A stretch of DNA of 62,798 nt, the filler included, from Rhabdomonas costata (taxonomy: Eukaryota), in the NCBI GenBank assembly GCA_019059605.1. It is 51 parts of 51 records of this genome, joined end to end, with 100 filler letters (N's around TTAATTAATTAA, not from the genome) between each part and the next. Parts side by side here need not be neighbours in the genome. Positions count along the whole stretch, not along the records: positions 24,679 to 25,811 come from JAHMHO010026935.1; positions 25,912 to 27,043 come from JAHMHO010026936.1; positions 27,144 to 28,276 come from JAHMHO010026937.1; positions 28,377 to 29,509 come from JAHMHO010026938.1; positions 29,610 to 30,742 come from JAHMHO010026939.1; positions 30,843 to 31,975 come from JAHMHO010026940.1; positions 32,076 to 33,208 come from JAHMHO010026941.1; positions 33,309 to 34,441 come from JAHMHO010026942.1; 43 more parts are not named here. The stretch is one strand, 5' to 3'. This document shows positions 24,982-37,750 of the stretch, piece after piece. Both the position numbers and the translations under genes were made by a program. Position 1 is the first letter of the stretch; the number at the start of each line of letters is the position of its first letter. Below the pieces are notes generated by a model. That model made no database searches. It worked only from the letters and a program-made list of their open reading frames with translations, and was not told the DNA's origin.

Positions 24982-25293
24982 ACCTGATCACCAGCGGGGG
25001 ATACTGCTTCAACGCCTCTGCGGACCCCCCGCGGCGCTTCTCCAACCTCTTCGGGACCCTCGCCGAGAGCGACGACTACTTCCAGCTCGCCGTCCGCACG
25101 GCCCAGCTGAAGCAGACCAAGGGGGTAGGGGTGGTGTACGAGCCTGACAACCTGTTTGCCTCGGCGTGCATGAACGGTGTTTTGGAGCTGTGCACGGAGC
25201 TGGGCGTGCCCTTAAAGGGCAACCCGGTGGCCTACGACGGCAGCGACAGTACTGTCCTAAAGAACATCGACAGTGGGGTGGACACCCTGATCG
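24982..25293 (+). CDS. Periplasmic-binding-protein type I / ANF-receptor-like ligand-binding domain exon
   Basis: RRFSNLFGTLAESDDYFQLAVRTAQLKQTKGVGVVYEPDNLFASACMNGVLELCTELGV...VDTLI(G). TAG/GTATGC borders, phase 1-1. Confidence 0.7.
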
Positions 25294-25605
25294 GTATGCG
25301 CTTTTCTTTTTGTACCGACATCAACAGGAGGAGGAACGAAGTGACGACGACCCCATCATACATACAAGGAGCGAAGGCGTAGCCGTAGCGACCCATACAT
25401 CTGGGAGGAGTGACACGAACGTAGTGAGTGTCACGACGACCATCATCAACTAGGGGCCCATCCCACCAGCAGCATCACCCATCAAAGCATGATCCCCTCC
25501 ATCACCCTTACATCCAGAACCCCTCAACTCACTACTCAGTTGACACGAAGGTATGTCTGAGCGGGGCGAGGACATGCCGTAGTAGGAACTCACCATCACG
25601 GCTCG

Positions 25606-25691
25606 CTCCACCACCATAAGGTGGTTTCGCTCACACCCATCAGCATCACGTGCCACTTCAGTCACTCCACCACCATGAGGTGGTTACGTTC
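25606..25691 (+). repeat. Two ~27-nt direct repeats (period 59) with an internal ACCACC-N4-GGTGGT palindrome
   Basis: CTCCACCACCATAAGGTGGTTTCGCTC and CTCCACCACCATGAGGTGGTTACGTTC; a third, reversed copy at 32196-32217. Confidence 0.8.
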
Positions 25692-27334
25692 CTTTGCGTA
25701 GCCACAGAGGAACCCCTGAGTTGAGGTTGAGCCACATCAGGGTATTGGCCGTACTCCACCTTACACACCACCGCCAGGAATGCCATGATCCCTTACGTCA
25801 CCGCCCCACTCNNNNNNNNNNNNNNNNNNNNNNNNNNNNNNNNNNNNNNNNNNNNTTAATTAATTAANNNNNNNNNNNNNNNNNNNNNNNNNNNNNNNNN
25901 NNNNNNNNNNNATCGCAACAGGTCCGTTTGAGTGTGCATGTGCGTGTGTCTCATATCTGTAGAGTGTGTGCAGAGATTACCAGCTCTCCTGCAGGGGTGA
26001 TCGTGCAGCGTCTGCGGTGGGTGTCGTATGTTGTGAGGGTTGGCGAATGGGTAGTTGAATGGGGTGAGGGTAGAAAGGGTTCTGGGGTAGGGGATGCTTA
26101 GCATCGGGAGGAGCAAGCGGAACCAGCCAGGGGGCGGGCTCTCTTCTCTGGGAGGGGCTTTTTCCAGTGCTGAGGCCATCATCAGGAGTGAGAACATTGA
26201 CCAGCAAGGGAAAGCAGAACGGTGTTTGCGCGAGGGTATTCCAAAATGGAGTGACCACGAGGAAGGACATTGACACAACCCACCAGCCAGGGCCTTTCAG
26301 CGCAGCCGAAAAGGGAGGGAGGAGGGAGGGCAAAGCCAAGCAAAAGCAAGTATTCCACCCCCGGCGTCAGTCCGGGGCGAGACTTGGAGAACAAACAGGA
26401 GTACTGGCAGTGGCAGTGGCTAGAAAGTCATCAAAGGCACGAAAAAAAAAGGTTCCCCTCACGCCTCCATCAGCCTATACCCCTCCTGAAGGAAAACGAG
26501 AAAGACTAAAATGACAAAAGCAACAAGGTCGAGGGCAACCGACGATGCGTGGGTCGCGTGGGAGGGTCGGATGGGTTGCATGAAAAGAATGGCAAAGGGA
26601 AAACATGAGGCAAGCCCAAAGCACACAAAAGCAGAGAACGGTGCCTGCAGCCCGTGACAGAGCGGGACGGATTTCACGATGAAGGAAATGATCGGTACTG
26701 GGAATGTGTGTCGCCGCAGCATCGAAGCAACAAGGCAGGAATGATAAACCCGAGGGGTGCACAAGCAATGCCCAGCGGGATAGAAGTACTGGTCATGTCA
26801 ACATGACACCCCTCCCCCTCCTTCCCTCCTTTCAAGATCCGAATGGTGGGATAACGGCACGCTTTGACCCAAATACTCACCAGAACCTCCTCTGGGGGCC
26901 CCACATAATTAAGCGGTCATGCCTCGAGAACGAAAAAAGCGTGAGCGCGCGGGCGACGCAGGCGACGCAGCTGAGGAAAACCATGGTGCCGATGGGAGGG
27001 AGGAAGATCCACCAGAGACAAGGCGGGAGCGATCAAGCCGCGCNNNNNNNNNNNNNNNNNNNNNNNNNNNNNNNNNNNNNNNNNNNNTTAATTAATTAAN
27101 NNNNNNNNNNNNNNNNNNNNNNNNNNNNNNNNNNNNNNNNNNNTGGTGGGACACCCGGTGCTATGGTTCCAGGCGAATAGCGGGTTCAGTGCCCCGGATG
27201 TAGCCCTCGCACACAGAATACTGAAAAAAGAAGCAACGTGCCGGCTGCGCGCGGCACATCTGCACCAATACGTAAAGCTGTTCTCATCGGATAAAAAGCA
27301 AGTGCGAGTGTAGGGGGCCTTAGACGGTGGACAC

Positions 27335-27983
27335 CTCAGCGATATTGCTCAGGCCAGCCTCCGTGAGGGAAACGGTGACCCCGAAAATGGTGACGTACGA
27401 GAGGTCGCTCGTCTACAAGAAGCGAGAAAACGTGAGGGTCCACTCCCAAACGAACCGTGCACTGGAGGATAAGATTTGCCAGCACACAAGCCCAGACACA
27501 TACCGAAACCCTCAAGCTGGAAATCAGCCCAAGAGCTTTCAGCTCGCTGTACAGGCCCTTGGCATACTTGGTATTCATGAGGTAGGACAGAAGCTCACCA
27601 ACCTGAGCCCTGTGAAACATACCGGGTGGTGCAGCAGGAATGCACCTGACCATCCGGGAAACCAGAGTTATACCTGTACGTACTGAGAGCAGAGATGCCA
27701 CTAATCATGTCGTCAACTCAAGGTCAGTGAAATGGAGTGCCTTTGGAATGCCAGGCGTATGAACCTCCAGCTGGAAGCCCAAACCGATACGTAATTCCCA
27801 GAGGGATCAAAAAACGCTTCCCGTACCACCGAAGACCTTCAAAGGCAAACCAGGCCTAATCTTTCAAATCCTAACCACTCGCAGTCAAAGCACAAGACTA
27901 CATCCCGCCAAGCCAAGTGACGACGGGGAGCAGGGTTACCCAAGGGAAGATACTTGCGGTCCACCGGATCCACTTCCCGCTTC
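27335..27983 (-). CDS. Insulinase-like (M16A) peptidase, five short exons (27983-27940, 27836-27741, 27673-27646, 27602-27504, 27412-27335)
   Basis: Spliced: ...AFFDPSGNYVSVWASSWRFIRLAFQRYNSGFPDGQVGELLSYLMNTKYAKGLYSELKALGLISSLRVSTSDLSYVTIFGVTVSLTEAGLSNIAE, matching IDE domain 2 (SYL...GSL.S.LK..G...F...V.LT..GL). The first exon is the least certain. Confidence 0.78.
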
Positions 27984-28376
27984 CTGAACCTTCTGTCACC
28001 CTTCTGTTACGTCTAACCCTTGGACAGCGTCGTCTGGAGGGGACTGGCATAGCATACGTAACCCCGCTGCAAACATCATCAATAACCGTACAGCACGATT
28101 CACTATCCTTGGAAGAAAAAAATAGCTTAACAATGGAGAGATATTGGACCGTTTACGGCTGCAAAAACGCAGCAGCGATACCGTGTCCAAAGCACACCCC
28201 CACAGTCCTCGATGCCCCATGTCTCCGGAACAAATGCTAAGTGCATATGTGGACCGATTATTTGCCACACCACCCCNNNNNNNNNNNNNNNNNNNNNNNN
28301 NNNNNNNNNNNNNNNNNNNNTTAATTAATTAANNNNNNNNNNNNNNNNNNNNNNNNNNNNNNNNNNNNNNNNNNNN

Positions 28377-29509
28377 CCACTACAGAAGCGCTAGAGATAC
28401 AAAGAGACACCAAGTAATAGCACACAGTAACACTCTCTGACACATCAAGAACTAACACAGCGTAACCCAACAAGCACAACACAAGCAAAGACACGAACAC
28501 CTCAACGTCACACACCCTCAAGCCATGAACCAACTGACACCATCATGCACCACAACAAAACTAACACCAACGCCACTCAGACAACCATCACCCCAACAGC
28601 CAACATCACCAGCAACAACAAGCACTACGACAACACTACAGACAGAGAGCGTGACACAAGCACTGACACCACACTACAACCACCAGACCATCAACGCACC
28701 TTAACTCCTAAGGCCGTAAAATACACACACAGACCCTCCGTAACAGCATGAACCTCTCACATCCACAAACACTGACACAGCGCTAGAGACACAAAGAGAA
28801 AGGAAACACAACATACGCACTAACAAACAAACCCTCTAACCGCAACAGACAACATACACACCTTACGCTTAACCACCATGCACTAACAGCATGATACACA
28901 CACCTACGCTAGAATCAGAGACTACGACACCATGAACCCATCAACGACCACAGACCCTTAGACACAACCACTAACAGACACCGTACCACTACAGAAGCAA
29001 TGACAGCATCAACCATTACGCACCAACCATGACCCACCACACTCCAAAATCAACCACTACACCACAACCATACGCACCAACAACCACTAACCATCACCAC
29101 AAGGCCCAACATCCTCACACGTTAACACTACCATAGCATAATAAACAGGAACACACAAAGAACAACTAATGCACTTACAAACACACCCTCTAACTCCACA
29201 GAACCAACCACCAACATCCATAGAAACAGAAGCGCTAAAGACGATTACACCAAGCACTACAGCCACACTACAACCCACCAGACCACCACACCATAACCAC
29301 CAACCGCAACAATCAACAGCCCAACAACAACACCACATACTAAGCGAAACAATACACTAGAGACAGAAACAGCATGACAGAAATAATCACACAACAAGCC
29401 ATACCACAAACACAAACACCAAAACCAACCACCAACAACCAACGACCACACCACAGCATACGCTAACATTAACACACCATAGATACATGTACACACAGTA
29501 TGATCAAGA
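28377..29509. repeat. Strongly A/C-skewed degenerate low-complexity or satellite-like DNA
   Basis: The whole contig is poor in G and T on the + strand, with recurrent words such as GCGCTAGAGAYACAAAGAGA (28388, 28780). Confidence 0.75.
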
Positions 29510-29757
29510 NNNNNNNNNNNNNNNNNNNNNNNNNNNNNNNNNNNNNNNNNNNNTTAATTAATTAANNNNNNNNNNNNNNNNNNNNNNNNNNNNNNNNNNN
29601 NNNNNNNNNGGACAGCTAAAGCAACAATATACCAGCAGAAATGAATTCAAAATTGCAATTTAACAATTTAACATTCCAACCGAGTTTTTCTGTTACAGGT
29701 GTCAAAAAACTTGGCAAGTATCGCATCGTATGGGCATATATATGCATAGGTGCACAC

Positions 29758-30504
29758 CTCGCTTGGCCTTAAAGTCGCTGAGCCAGTTCTGCATATACTC
29801 CACGACGTCTTGCGGCTGCTCACTGCACATGCCCTCCATCATTAGCGTCAAGATCTGCGGCACATGGTGCTCCTCCAGGTACCTGGGGCAGGGCAGGACA
29901 GGGCAGTACCCAATCCCCGGATGCGTGTCACCCAGCAGGTAGATTCCGGAAGAGCATTCCGTGTAGTGCAACCACAACAGTAAATCAGTAAATCTTGCCT
30001 CCTTCCACCTCCTCCCCGAGGCACTGTTGACCACTTAAGATTTGCACATGGTTGCATCCCACCATTCCACGTCCATTTTTCACACCAGAATGCGCATCTT
30101 GGGTGCAGGCCGAGTTATGTTCGATGGAGGATAACGACCCGCCAAAAGTATCAAGAATGACGTTGTTGCCCAAGCAGACATTCGAGCGAAGCGAACACGG
30201 TGGCTTTTGCGAAGTCAGTTGACTGCAGTCCCCGGTGCAAACGCGGTGCTGTGCCGTGTTAATGAGTGAGTGATAAAACCAACGTCCTGAACTCTGATGC
30301 GGAGAGACAGATGATTTTTCCCAAGCGCTGCGTGGCCCTCGGTGAATGAAATTCCTCGTGCGTTGAATTTCATTGCCTGTGGCATCGAGGCAACGTGTCC
30401 ACTGTGTTCTATGCGGACAGCCTTGTCTGTGGTCAAACACTGACTGCGGTACCGAACAGAAGGAGAGGAGCGTACTTTGTCACCGCAGAGCTCCGCTGCT
30501 TCAT
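29758..30504 (-). CDS. N-terminal RIIa/Dpy-30 dimerization-docking domain protein, exons 30504-30476 and 29882-29758
   Basis: Phase-2 join: MKQRSSAVTKYLEEHHVPQILTLMMEGMCSEQPQDVVEYMQNWLSDFKAKR (YL..H.V..IL...QP.D...Y). Confidence 0.8.
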
Positions 30505-30886
30505 TGTGGAGCACCTCCTCCCCGAGCAGACTTACCGCCTGCTCAATACAGCGGCAGGGTTTCCAGGAAAGGGGAAAGGGTGAAGTGAGTGTGTGTGACA
30601 GGGTGGGTCCACGCCCCCTCTGGGGCAAAACCACAGGAAGGGGGCGAAGAAACGGGAGAGTGAAAGGGCGGAAGCAGAAAACGTCAGGGATGAGATTCAG
30701 CAATGCCAAGTTTAGTCTTTTTATCGACACCGACGTGGTGCTNNNNNNNNNNNNNNNNNNNNNNNNNNNNNNNNNNNNNNNNNNNNTTAATTAATTAANN
30801 NNNNNNNNNNNNNNNNNNNNNNNNNNNNNNNNNNNNNNNNNNCGGCATTCGCGTGGTGTCAGATGTACAGCCGGGATGGAGGAAGC

Positions 30887-30918
30887 GGAAAGGAAAGGAA
30901 AGGAAAGGAAAAGGAAAG
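30887..30918. repeat. (GGAAA)n pentamer repeat
   Basis: About six tandem copies. Confidence 0.85.
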
Positions 30919-31027
30919 GACAGAGCAGGACCGCTTCATAACCTTTTTGCATTCAAGACGATTACGATTATTAAGGTGCAAAATGAATCAACAAAACCAA
31001 GGAGGATTGAGGGAGAATGCGCCTGAC

Positions 31028-31153
31028 CTTCGGGGAATGCAGCAGCCAGTCAAAGAGGACCTCCTGCAATTTCGCATTCTCCTCCTTCTCCAGCCAACTG
31101 TCCTCGAAGATGTGGCAGGACCCCAACACCAGCACGCGGCCCTTTCCCTTTTC
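31028..31153 (-). CDS. IFT52: Intraflagellar transport protein 52, internal exon
   Basis: EKGKGRVLVLGSCHIFEDSWLEKEENAKLQEVLFDWLLHSPK matches the end of the IFT52 GIFT domain (GS..xF.D.xxxKEEN). Confidence 0.85.
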
Positions 31154-34100
31154 CTTCGAGGGGGAGAGCGTGGGCGTGAGGTGTGAGTGGTGGAGAGTGT
31201 GACAAGGCCGCAGCTGACGCAAAAATATGTAAAGAAAACACATTGCGCAGCTGTGAGCGAGTGGCGAGTGGCATCTTACATTTTTTTTTTCGGTATTCTT
31301 GTCTGCTGCTCTTCTCTTTGGCTCACTGTTTCTTGGGCTCGAGCTGCTCCTCGAGGCTTCTATTGTGCGCTGGCGTCCCGTTCTTCCCCTCACAACCCTC
31401 CCAGCTTGTCACGGGTAACCGGTTGGGCGGGTCGATGCCTCTCATATCTTTTTTCCTGCAGCTTCCTCTGCTCCCGGGAACGCTATGATACCATATTATA
31501 CGCCCCCTTCCCCAGTGTCATTTCACCCACATCCTGACGTGCGCACCATGGTGCGTGCTCCTCTTTGCTATTAGCGGGTAATGCTCTCAATCCGAGAAGT
31601 CGGATGGGAAGGCCTCCTTCCGGAGGAGGTGAAATTAGCCCCCCATATATCAAAACCTACCTGTGGGGAGGGGAGCATTTGTTGAACCGATTTGAGTCTC
31701 TCACGGTTCCGAGCACGCCAGGCGGAGCCCGCGCTTCCTTGGGAGAAGTCTCTGCATGGTTGCACAGGTCACGCACGTTGTTTGCTGGCCTGCAAAGGGT
31801 TCGCCCTTCCAGTTCACGCCTTTTCTTTCTTTCTTTCTTTCTTTTGCAACATTCGGAACGCCAAAGTCGCTCATGAACAAAACAGAAAGAGCACTGTCCC
31901 GAGAGCAGCTCTGGTAGAGTCTCTGGAAAAAGCGAGTTGGCGCCTCAGCCTCCGACTGGGCTCGAAGGAGCTCGGNNNNNNNNNNNNNNNNNNNNNNNNN
32001 NNNNNNNNNNNNNNNNNNNTTAATTAATTAANNNNNNNNNNNNNNNNNNNNNNNNNNNNNNNNNNNNNNNNNNNNTTCATGTGATACTACTACGGCATCC
32101 CGTTACGACCATGCCTTCGTGATGTCTTGATGCTAAAGTGAACCCGTAGTGAGGTCTTTCACTGTGGCTACGCCCGGTCGGAACATGCACGTACGCACCT
32201 TATGGTGGTGGAGTGACGCAGCAGAAGATGCAAAGGGTATAACCGATGACTCTTCATGTTCTACTCGCTACGCTAACAGATCATTTGAGTAGTGCAGATC
32301 CAGTGATACCTTTACATGGATTCATCGCATACCATTGTCGGATTTGGCCATCACAACGTTTCACCGAGAGCAAGCGAGCGAGCAATCGAAGAGAAAGGTA
32401 TTGGAGTGGAAGAATTACTCCGAGAACTGAATTTTAAATTTGAATGTCCAAATTCCTGATTTAAGGGTCAAATTACAAAATAAAAATGGAAATGCCTCGT
32501 AATGCAAATATAGAACCGGCTAAATATAGTACTGTTTTTTTAGTGGAAAATAAAACAAATAGGAAAACATTCCTGAACGTTTATCATCGAACTATGATGA
32601 CCTCAGCATTAGGAATTTGTTAATACCGTCTGTCTTGGTTTTCTGTATATTTGGCCACCAGTGTGGCAGGTGCGCTTCTCTGGTGAGGGTCCCTGTGAAT
32701 ACTCATGTTTTTTTTTTAAGATTTGGCGTGTGCTGATTCTTAAACAGGTGAGAAATGCATTCGCCTGCGTCACCTGCCCCTTTGACCCCCCCGCCCCCGT
32801 GTGGGAGGGGAGAAAGGTCTACTTGGTGAGTTTAACATCATCAGACGTTGGGAAAGAGGGCGGGGTGAGGAGGAGGGTCATGTTGAGGTTGTATTAGCAT
32901 TATGACAATTGCCCGATCAAATTGCCCAGGGCAATTTTCCTTTCCCGCTTGGATAACGTGAATTCGCGGCCTCTTTTGGCTTTCTTATTTGCCTTCTAAA
33001 AGAAATGTCAAAGTCACCAAGGCTAGGAACTAATTGCACTTTGTAGATGCAGATGCACAACCGCAGTCAAACTACTCTTCGACATCAGGCACTGCCGGTC
33101 CTACTGGACTTTCGGGCAACCCAAATAGCAGTTTGGCCCCATGTCACCAGTAACCTGTGTTCAAACTCGACTTTCCCTTCCCCCCCCAACACCAAACACA
33201 CCCACCACNNNNNNNNNNNNNNNNNNNNNNNNNNNNNNNNNNNNNNNNNNNNTTAATTAATTAANNNNNNNNNNNNNNNNNNNNNNNNNNNNNNNNNNNN
33301 NNNNNNNNAAAATGCATGCTTTTTACACCAGGTAAAACTAGTTTGTATTGGCTAAAAGGGCGGGTGTTTTCGAGAAACTTTGATGAGCCCATACCCAATC
33401 AATCACCCCCGATTTTGGCATTTTTTCCACGCTGGCAGGTGCGAACCCGAAGCGGAAGAACGTAAACCCCTGGCGTGATTTAAATGGATGGTTGGGGTGG
33501 GAATCGTGGTTTTTGGGCGACGGCGGCGCTCCGCCCGGCACCGCTTTACTCGTTTAATGTGTCGGTTATCACTCCGCGGCGGGCACTTTACCCATAGCCG
33601 AATGGTAGGAAACGCGGTCGCGGGAGCATGCTTGCGACGAAGGAGCGGAAGACCAAGAGACCCGACATGTATAGCGCGCCGTCGGAACGATACCTCCGGC
33701 GCCACGCTCGTATTGGGCGGTTCCGCTTTGCGTTTTTCTCCGGTGAGAGCGGAAAAGATCTCTTTAAAAGCAGGTGGTGAACCAGAACCTTGATTGCTTT
33801 TCAGTGCCTTCATCCTCTCCCGCCGGGTCTTACGGACCGAGACCCTGTACGCACCCGACCCACCCTTCATCCTGGACCGCGGGGGTCGAATCTCGGCGCT
33901 TCGGCGCACTTCGGGCATAGCATCGTTAGCCTTTGACGGGTCTGTGGTGGGCTGTGGTTTGGAGCTTGGTGGGGTTGGTTTCGAACCTCGGTCACCGGGT
34001 TGGTGCCTTCCACCTCCTGCTTCTCTATCCCCTTTGTCGTCAAAAGAAATAAAATCATGGGAACAACAAAACAAGAACAAAACTGGGATCTTCGGGGTAA

Positions 34101-35197
34101 GTTTCTTTTTTTGGAACATTTCGAAAAGGAAGGAAGACAATCAAAAAGACCCAACGGGAAGGCTCTCAATCACCCGGTGTCGAAAAGTTGAAGCGAGGAC
34201 ATCGATTGAATCCCGGATTTTTCCTATCTTTCCAGGCCCGAATCCCAACTCTATTCCGATTCTTTCCCGATTCCATTCTCGAATCTGAAGTGAGACTTTT
34301 CCGTCCCATAATGGTAAAACCCGTTTCTAAAAGGAAGCTTTTCGGTTTAAGGCTGGCGTTTAAAGTGGCTGCAGGCGAGAGCCGCGATTTGGAGAGAAGA
34401 GACCTGGGTACGATAGTGACTTTTCATAGAGCCGATCCGCCNNNNNNNNNNNNNNNNNNNNNNNNNNNNNNNNNNNNNNNNNNNNTTAATTAATTAANNN
34501 NNNNNNNNNNNNNNNNNNNNNNNNNNNNNNNNNNNNNNNNNATTGACCTTTTTACATCAATTGCGCACTGAACAACATAAAACATTGGAACTATATGGTT
34601 GAGCATATCTAAATTCATTTGATTCCAAAACGCAATGGATGTGTGGAGAGTCTGAAACTGTTGATGTGGCGCATTAGTTGCTGCGTATCTCGACACAAAT
34701 GAGGTGAAGTTGTGTAAAACCATGATATTATCCAAGCATGTGGGTTACATCTTACTGCGATGATTACCGATTACTGTGGTGATCATTATAATAAAAAGAT
34801 TAACACTGAAAAGGCGTGAATGTGGGCATGAGTCGGGTATGCGTGACATGCGTAGTAGATGCACGTATGGTGCATTTCTTCTGCACCTCTCATCACTTTA
34901 GCATTTTTTCACTCAAAAGCGTTTTTTTAATTTTTTACCTTTAATCATCAATAAAGTGCCTGTCACACTCGGTATTCCTTTGCCAATCATTCAATTAAAG
35001 ACATAGCACGACTCAATTGGAACACATAGAAGGTGCAGGTAGGTAATGTGTTTAAGACCATCAACCTGCACCTGGAAATAATCGTCAGGCTGGGGTTTCT
35101 GCCCTGTGGAGACACGAAGGATGCAGTCGCGTAGGGGTGCATCCGGAGTAAAGTGAACGGCAACGCAGGTATGGTATGCATTCTCTCCTTGAATACT

Positions 35198-35408
35198 GAG
35201 TTGGGGGTTGTTGTTTTGTGTTCTGTTGGATTTTGGTGTTCTGTATTTGTGTTTTTGGGTTCTGAGTTTTTCATTTGTAGTTAGGGGTTCTGCATTCGGT
35301 ATTTTGGTTCTTTCTTTGGAGTTCTGAGTTCGGTAATTGGGTTCTTGCATTCGGGGTTTGAGTTCTGAGTTCTGGGTTCGGGTTCTGAGTTGGGTGTTGG
35401 GTATTCGT
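35198..35408. repeat. Degenerate (GRGTTCT)n-like heptamer array
   Basis: Repeated GGGTTCT/GAGTTCT/GTGTTCT words, strongly G/T-skewed. Confidence 0.75.
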
Positions 35409-36511
35409 TCTTTCGATCACAAGTGAGATGGAGTTCTGTGTTGTGGTTCGGTCTTTGCATTCGTAGTTCCTCTTCTTATGTTGGTTTCGATTTCGGGTTC
35501 AATGATGTTATTCGGAATATCCAAGATGAAAGCAATGAACTCCGTGAGCAATGACATATGATGATGAACAACGACCTCGACGTGAATTGAATTGGCAGGC
35601 TGGAATCCAGACACCCCCACATGAGGATCAACATGAAGGCCAGAATGACCACCGGATCCACTTCGACACAAACAACNNNNNNNNNNNNNNNNNNNNNNNN
35701 NNNNNNNNNNNNNNNNNNNNTTAATTAATTAANNNNNNNNNNNNNNNNNNNNNNNNNNNNNNNNNNNNNNNNNNNNGTTTGTGGGGTCTCGGCGGTCCTT
35801 GCACATGCGATATCTAACTTCTGTGCTTCTTATTTTTCTAAGAGGTGGACGCTCTCTTGCCTGCTGTATCTTGAATAATCTGAGGATTTCCGAGACTTAT
35901 GGGAGGAATAATGAGAGTGAATGTGGAACGGCCACGATATGAGTGCACTTCCAGCTTCCTGCTGATTTTTTGAGACGCATTTTCCACAATAAAACACCGC
36001 TGTTCAGATTCCAAAGTCCGGAAAGGCAATGCATAGCAGTGGAAATTGGAAGAATGACCTTAAGTAGCAGGAATGATGAGACTATGCGCACAGTGAAATG
36101 CAGATAATATGCAAATATTGGAAGTACACTGTCAAAGATTGAAGAAAGACAAAGGAACAGAGAGCAGAGATGCAGAAGCAAACTGGGGGACCAGAACACT
36201 AGATGGAATGTAGGGGGATACAGCGGAGGTCGCGTGGAGAAATAAGAAGCACCAATGAGGAACACTGAAAGGTAGCCGACTATGGGACTGGAGCCAAAGA
36301 AAATAAAATAAAATGGTGGTAAGGCACGTACAACATCGGATGCATGATGGCGGAAGGGGTGTAACAGACGAGTGTAATTGCCGTCGTACATGAATCGGGT
36401 TCGACGGAACAGACATGAGACACCATCATCTACAACAGCAAAGACGTCTATAAAAAATCCAGAACACAACGCAGACCCACCCCACGTCGCAGTACAACAT
36501 GCGGTGTGAGC

Positions 36512-36909
36512 TCAACACAATCTACCCTCCACCCTCACGGAGCCATCAGGATCCGTGAAACCACTGTACAGGTTCTGGTGGGCCAGAAGGATCATGAAGG
36601 CCGACCATTGCATCACAGCCACCGTCATCCTCCGCCAACAGACGTGAAGCCTCCTCCGCCACTGAGGTGCCGCAGCGCATGGACTTGCGTCTGTCCTACC
36701 CACTAACTGCAGCACGCGCAGAGATTCCACAACACAACCTGGTCTCCGCACAGACGGCAAGCGTCTCCTCTGGACGCATATTTGGTCTGCTACGACCGCT
36801 CGGCGAGTTATCCATTGGTAGCCTCAGCTAGTGGTGAGGACAGCTGCAGATGGTGGCCCGCGGAGACATCCGTGGCATTTGGAATCCATTCAGCTGCAAC
36901 GGTCAGTAA
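36512..36909 (-). mobile_element. Decayed 3' end of an RLE-type non-LTR retrotransposon ORF
   Basis: LLTVAAEWIPNATDVSAGHHLQLSSPLAEATNG*LAERS*QTKY, a frameshift, then ...SLRVLQLV...CWRRMTVAVMQWSAFMIL. Fits the D-V-x-V-x-H-P / K-x2-K-Y / W-x2-R-L-S-x-A-L-Q-x2-N-A-x2-I layout. Confidence 0.55.
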
Positions 36910-37750
36910 NNNNNNNNNNNNNNNNNNNNNNNNNNNNNNNNNNNNNNNNNNNNTTAATTAATTAANNNNNNNNNNNNNNNNNNNNNNNNNNNNNNNNNNN
37001 NNNNNNNNNTGTTGTTTGTTTTTCAGATTGCGCTGACATTGGTGACCCCAGGAAGGAGAATTTCTGGGATGCAATGGAAGTTGGATGGGGGGAGGTAACA
37101 GTTACCACTGCTAACCTTCACCGGTGGTAACGGTGGTAACGGTTGTCAGTGACTGTGGGGTTGACCACTACTTCGTCACGTAAAACTCACCAGCTCCCTC
37201 GAAATGATTTTATTTTTGTGTAAGTGGGTTAGGTAAGCGTTTCCAGTGGAAGAAGAACCTTAGAGATACTATCCTCCCGCCCGTTGCTGGAGCGGGTGGC
37301 TGTGAGCCCGCTTGCTGGGGCACGAAGTGAAACTTTTGCTGCGCCTTGCGTGCCCTGTGCGTTGCCTGCCAACTTCATGGTTCACTTGTTAACTGTACGC
37401 AAACACAACTCCTAGCTGCTGGCGGGGCGTGATCGACCGCCTTTCGGGAGGAGGATAGGTTGTCTTTGCAGCTGAACACTACTGCTGGCTAAGGACTCGC
37501 CTATGGCTGGGATGTGGCCCGACGGGCAGGACAGCATTAGTTCAGGAGCGAAGGCCAGTGCGCCGCGCGGTGGCCGGAGCGGGCGCGTGACATGGGGACT
37601 TTTAAAATATGCTCTCAACGAAAGAAATGCAACCTGTAGTAACCGTTACACAGTCCAGAGCACTTTCGTGGCATCACGTTGCGCGCTCGGGGTTCGGGTT
37701 GCGTGGTTCCGGGTTGCAGGATACAGCGTGCCCCCACCCCCCGCAATCAG

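Noticed and set aside
25606-25691. CRISPR array
   Set aside because: Only two imperfect repeats, inside a eukaryotic intron, with no cas genes.
33403-34140. 245-aa minus-strand ORF
   Set aside because: Low-complexity Arg/Pro/Ser sequence with no domain motif or convincing splice context.
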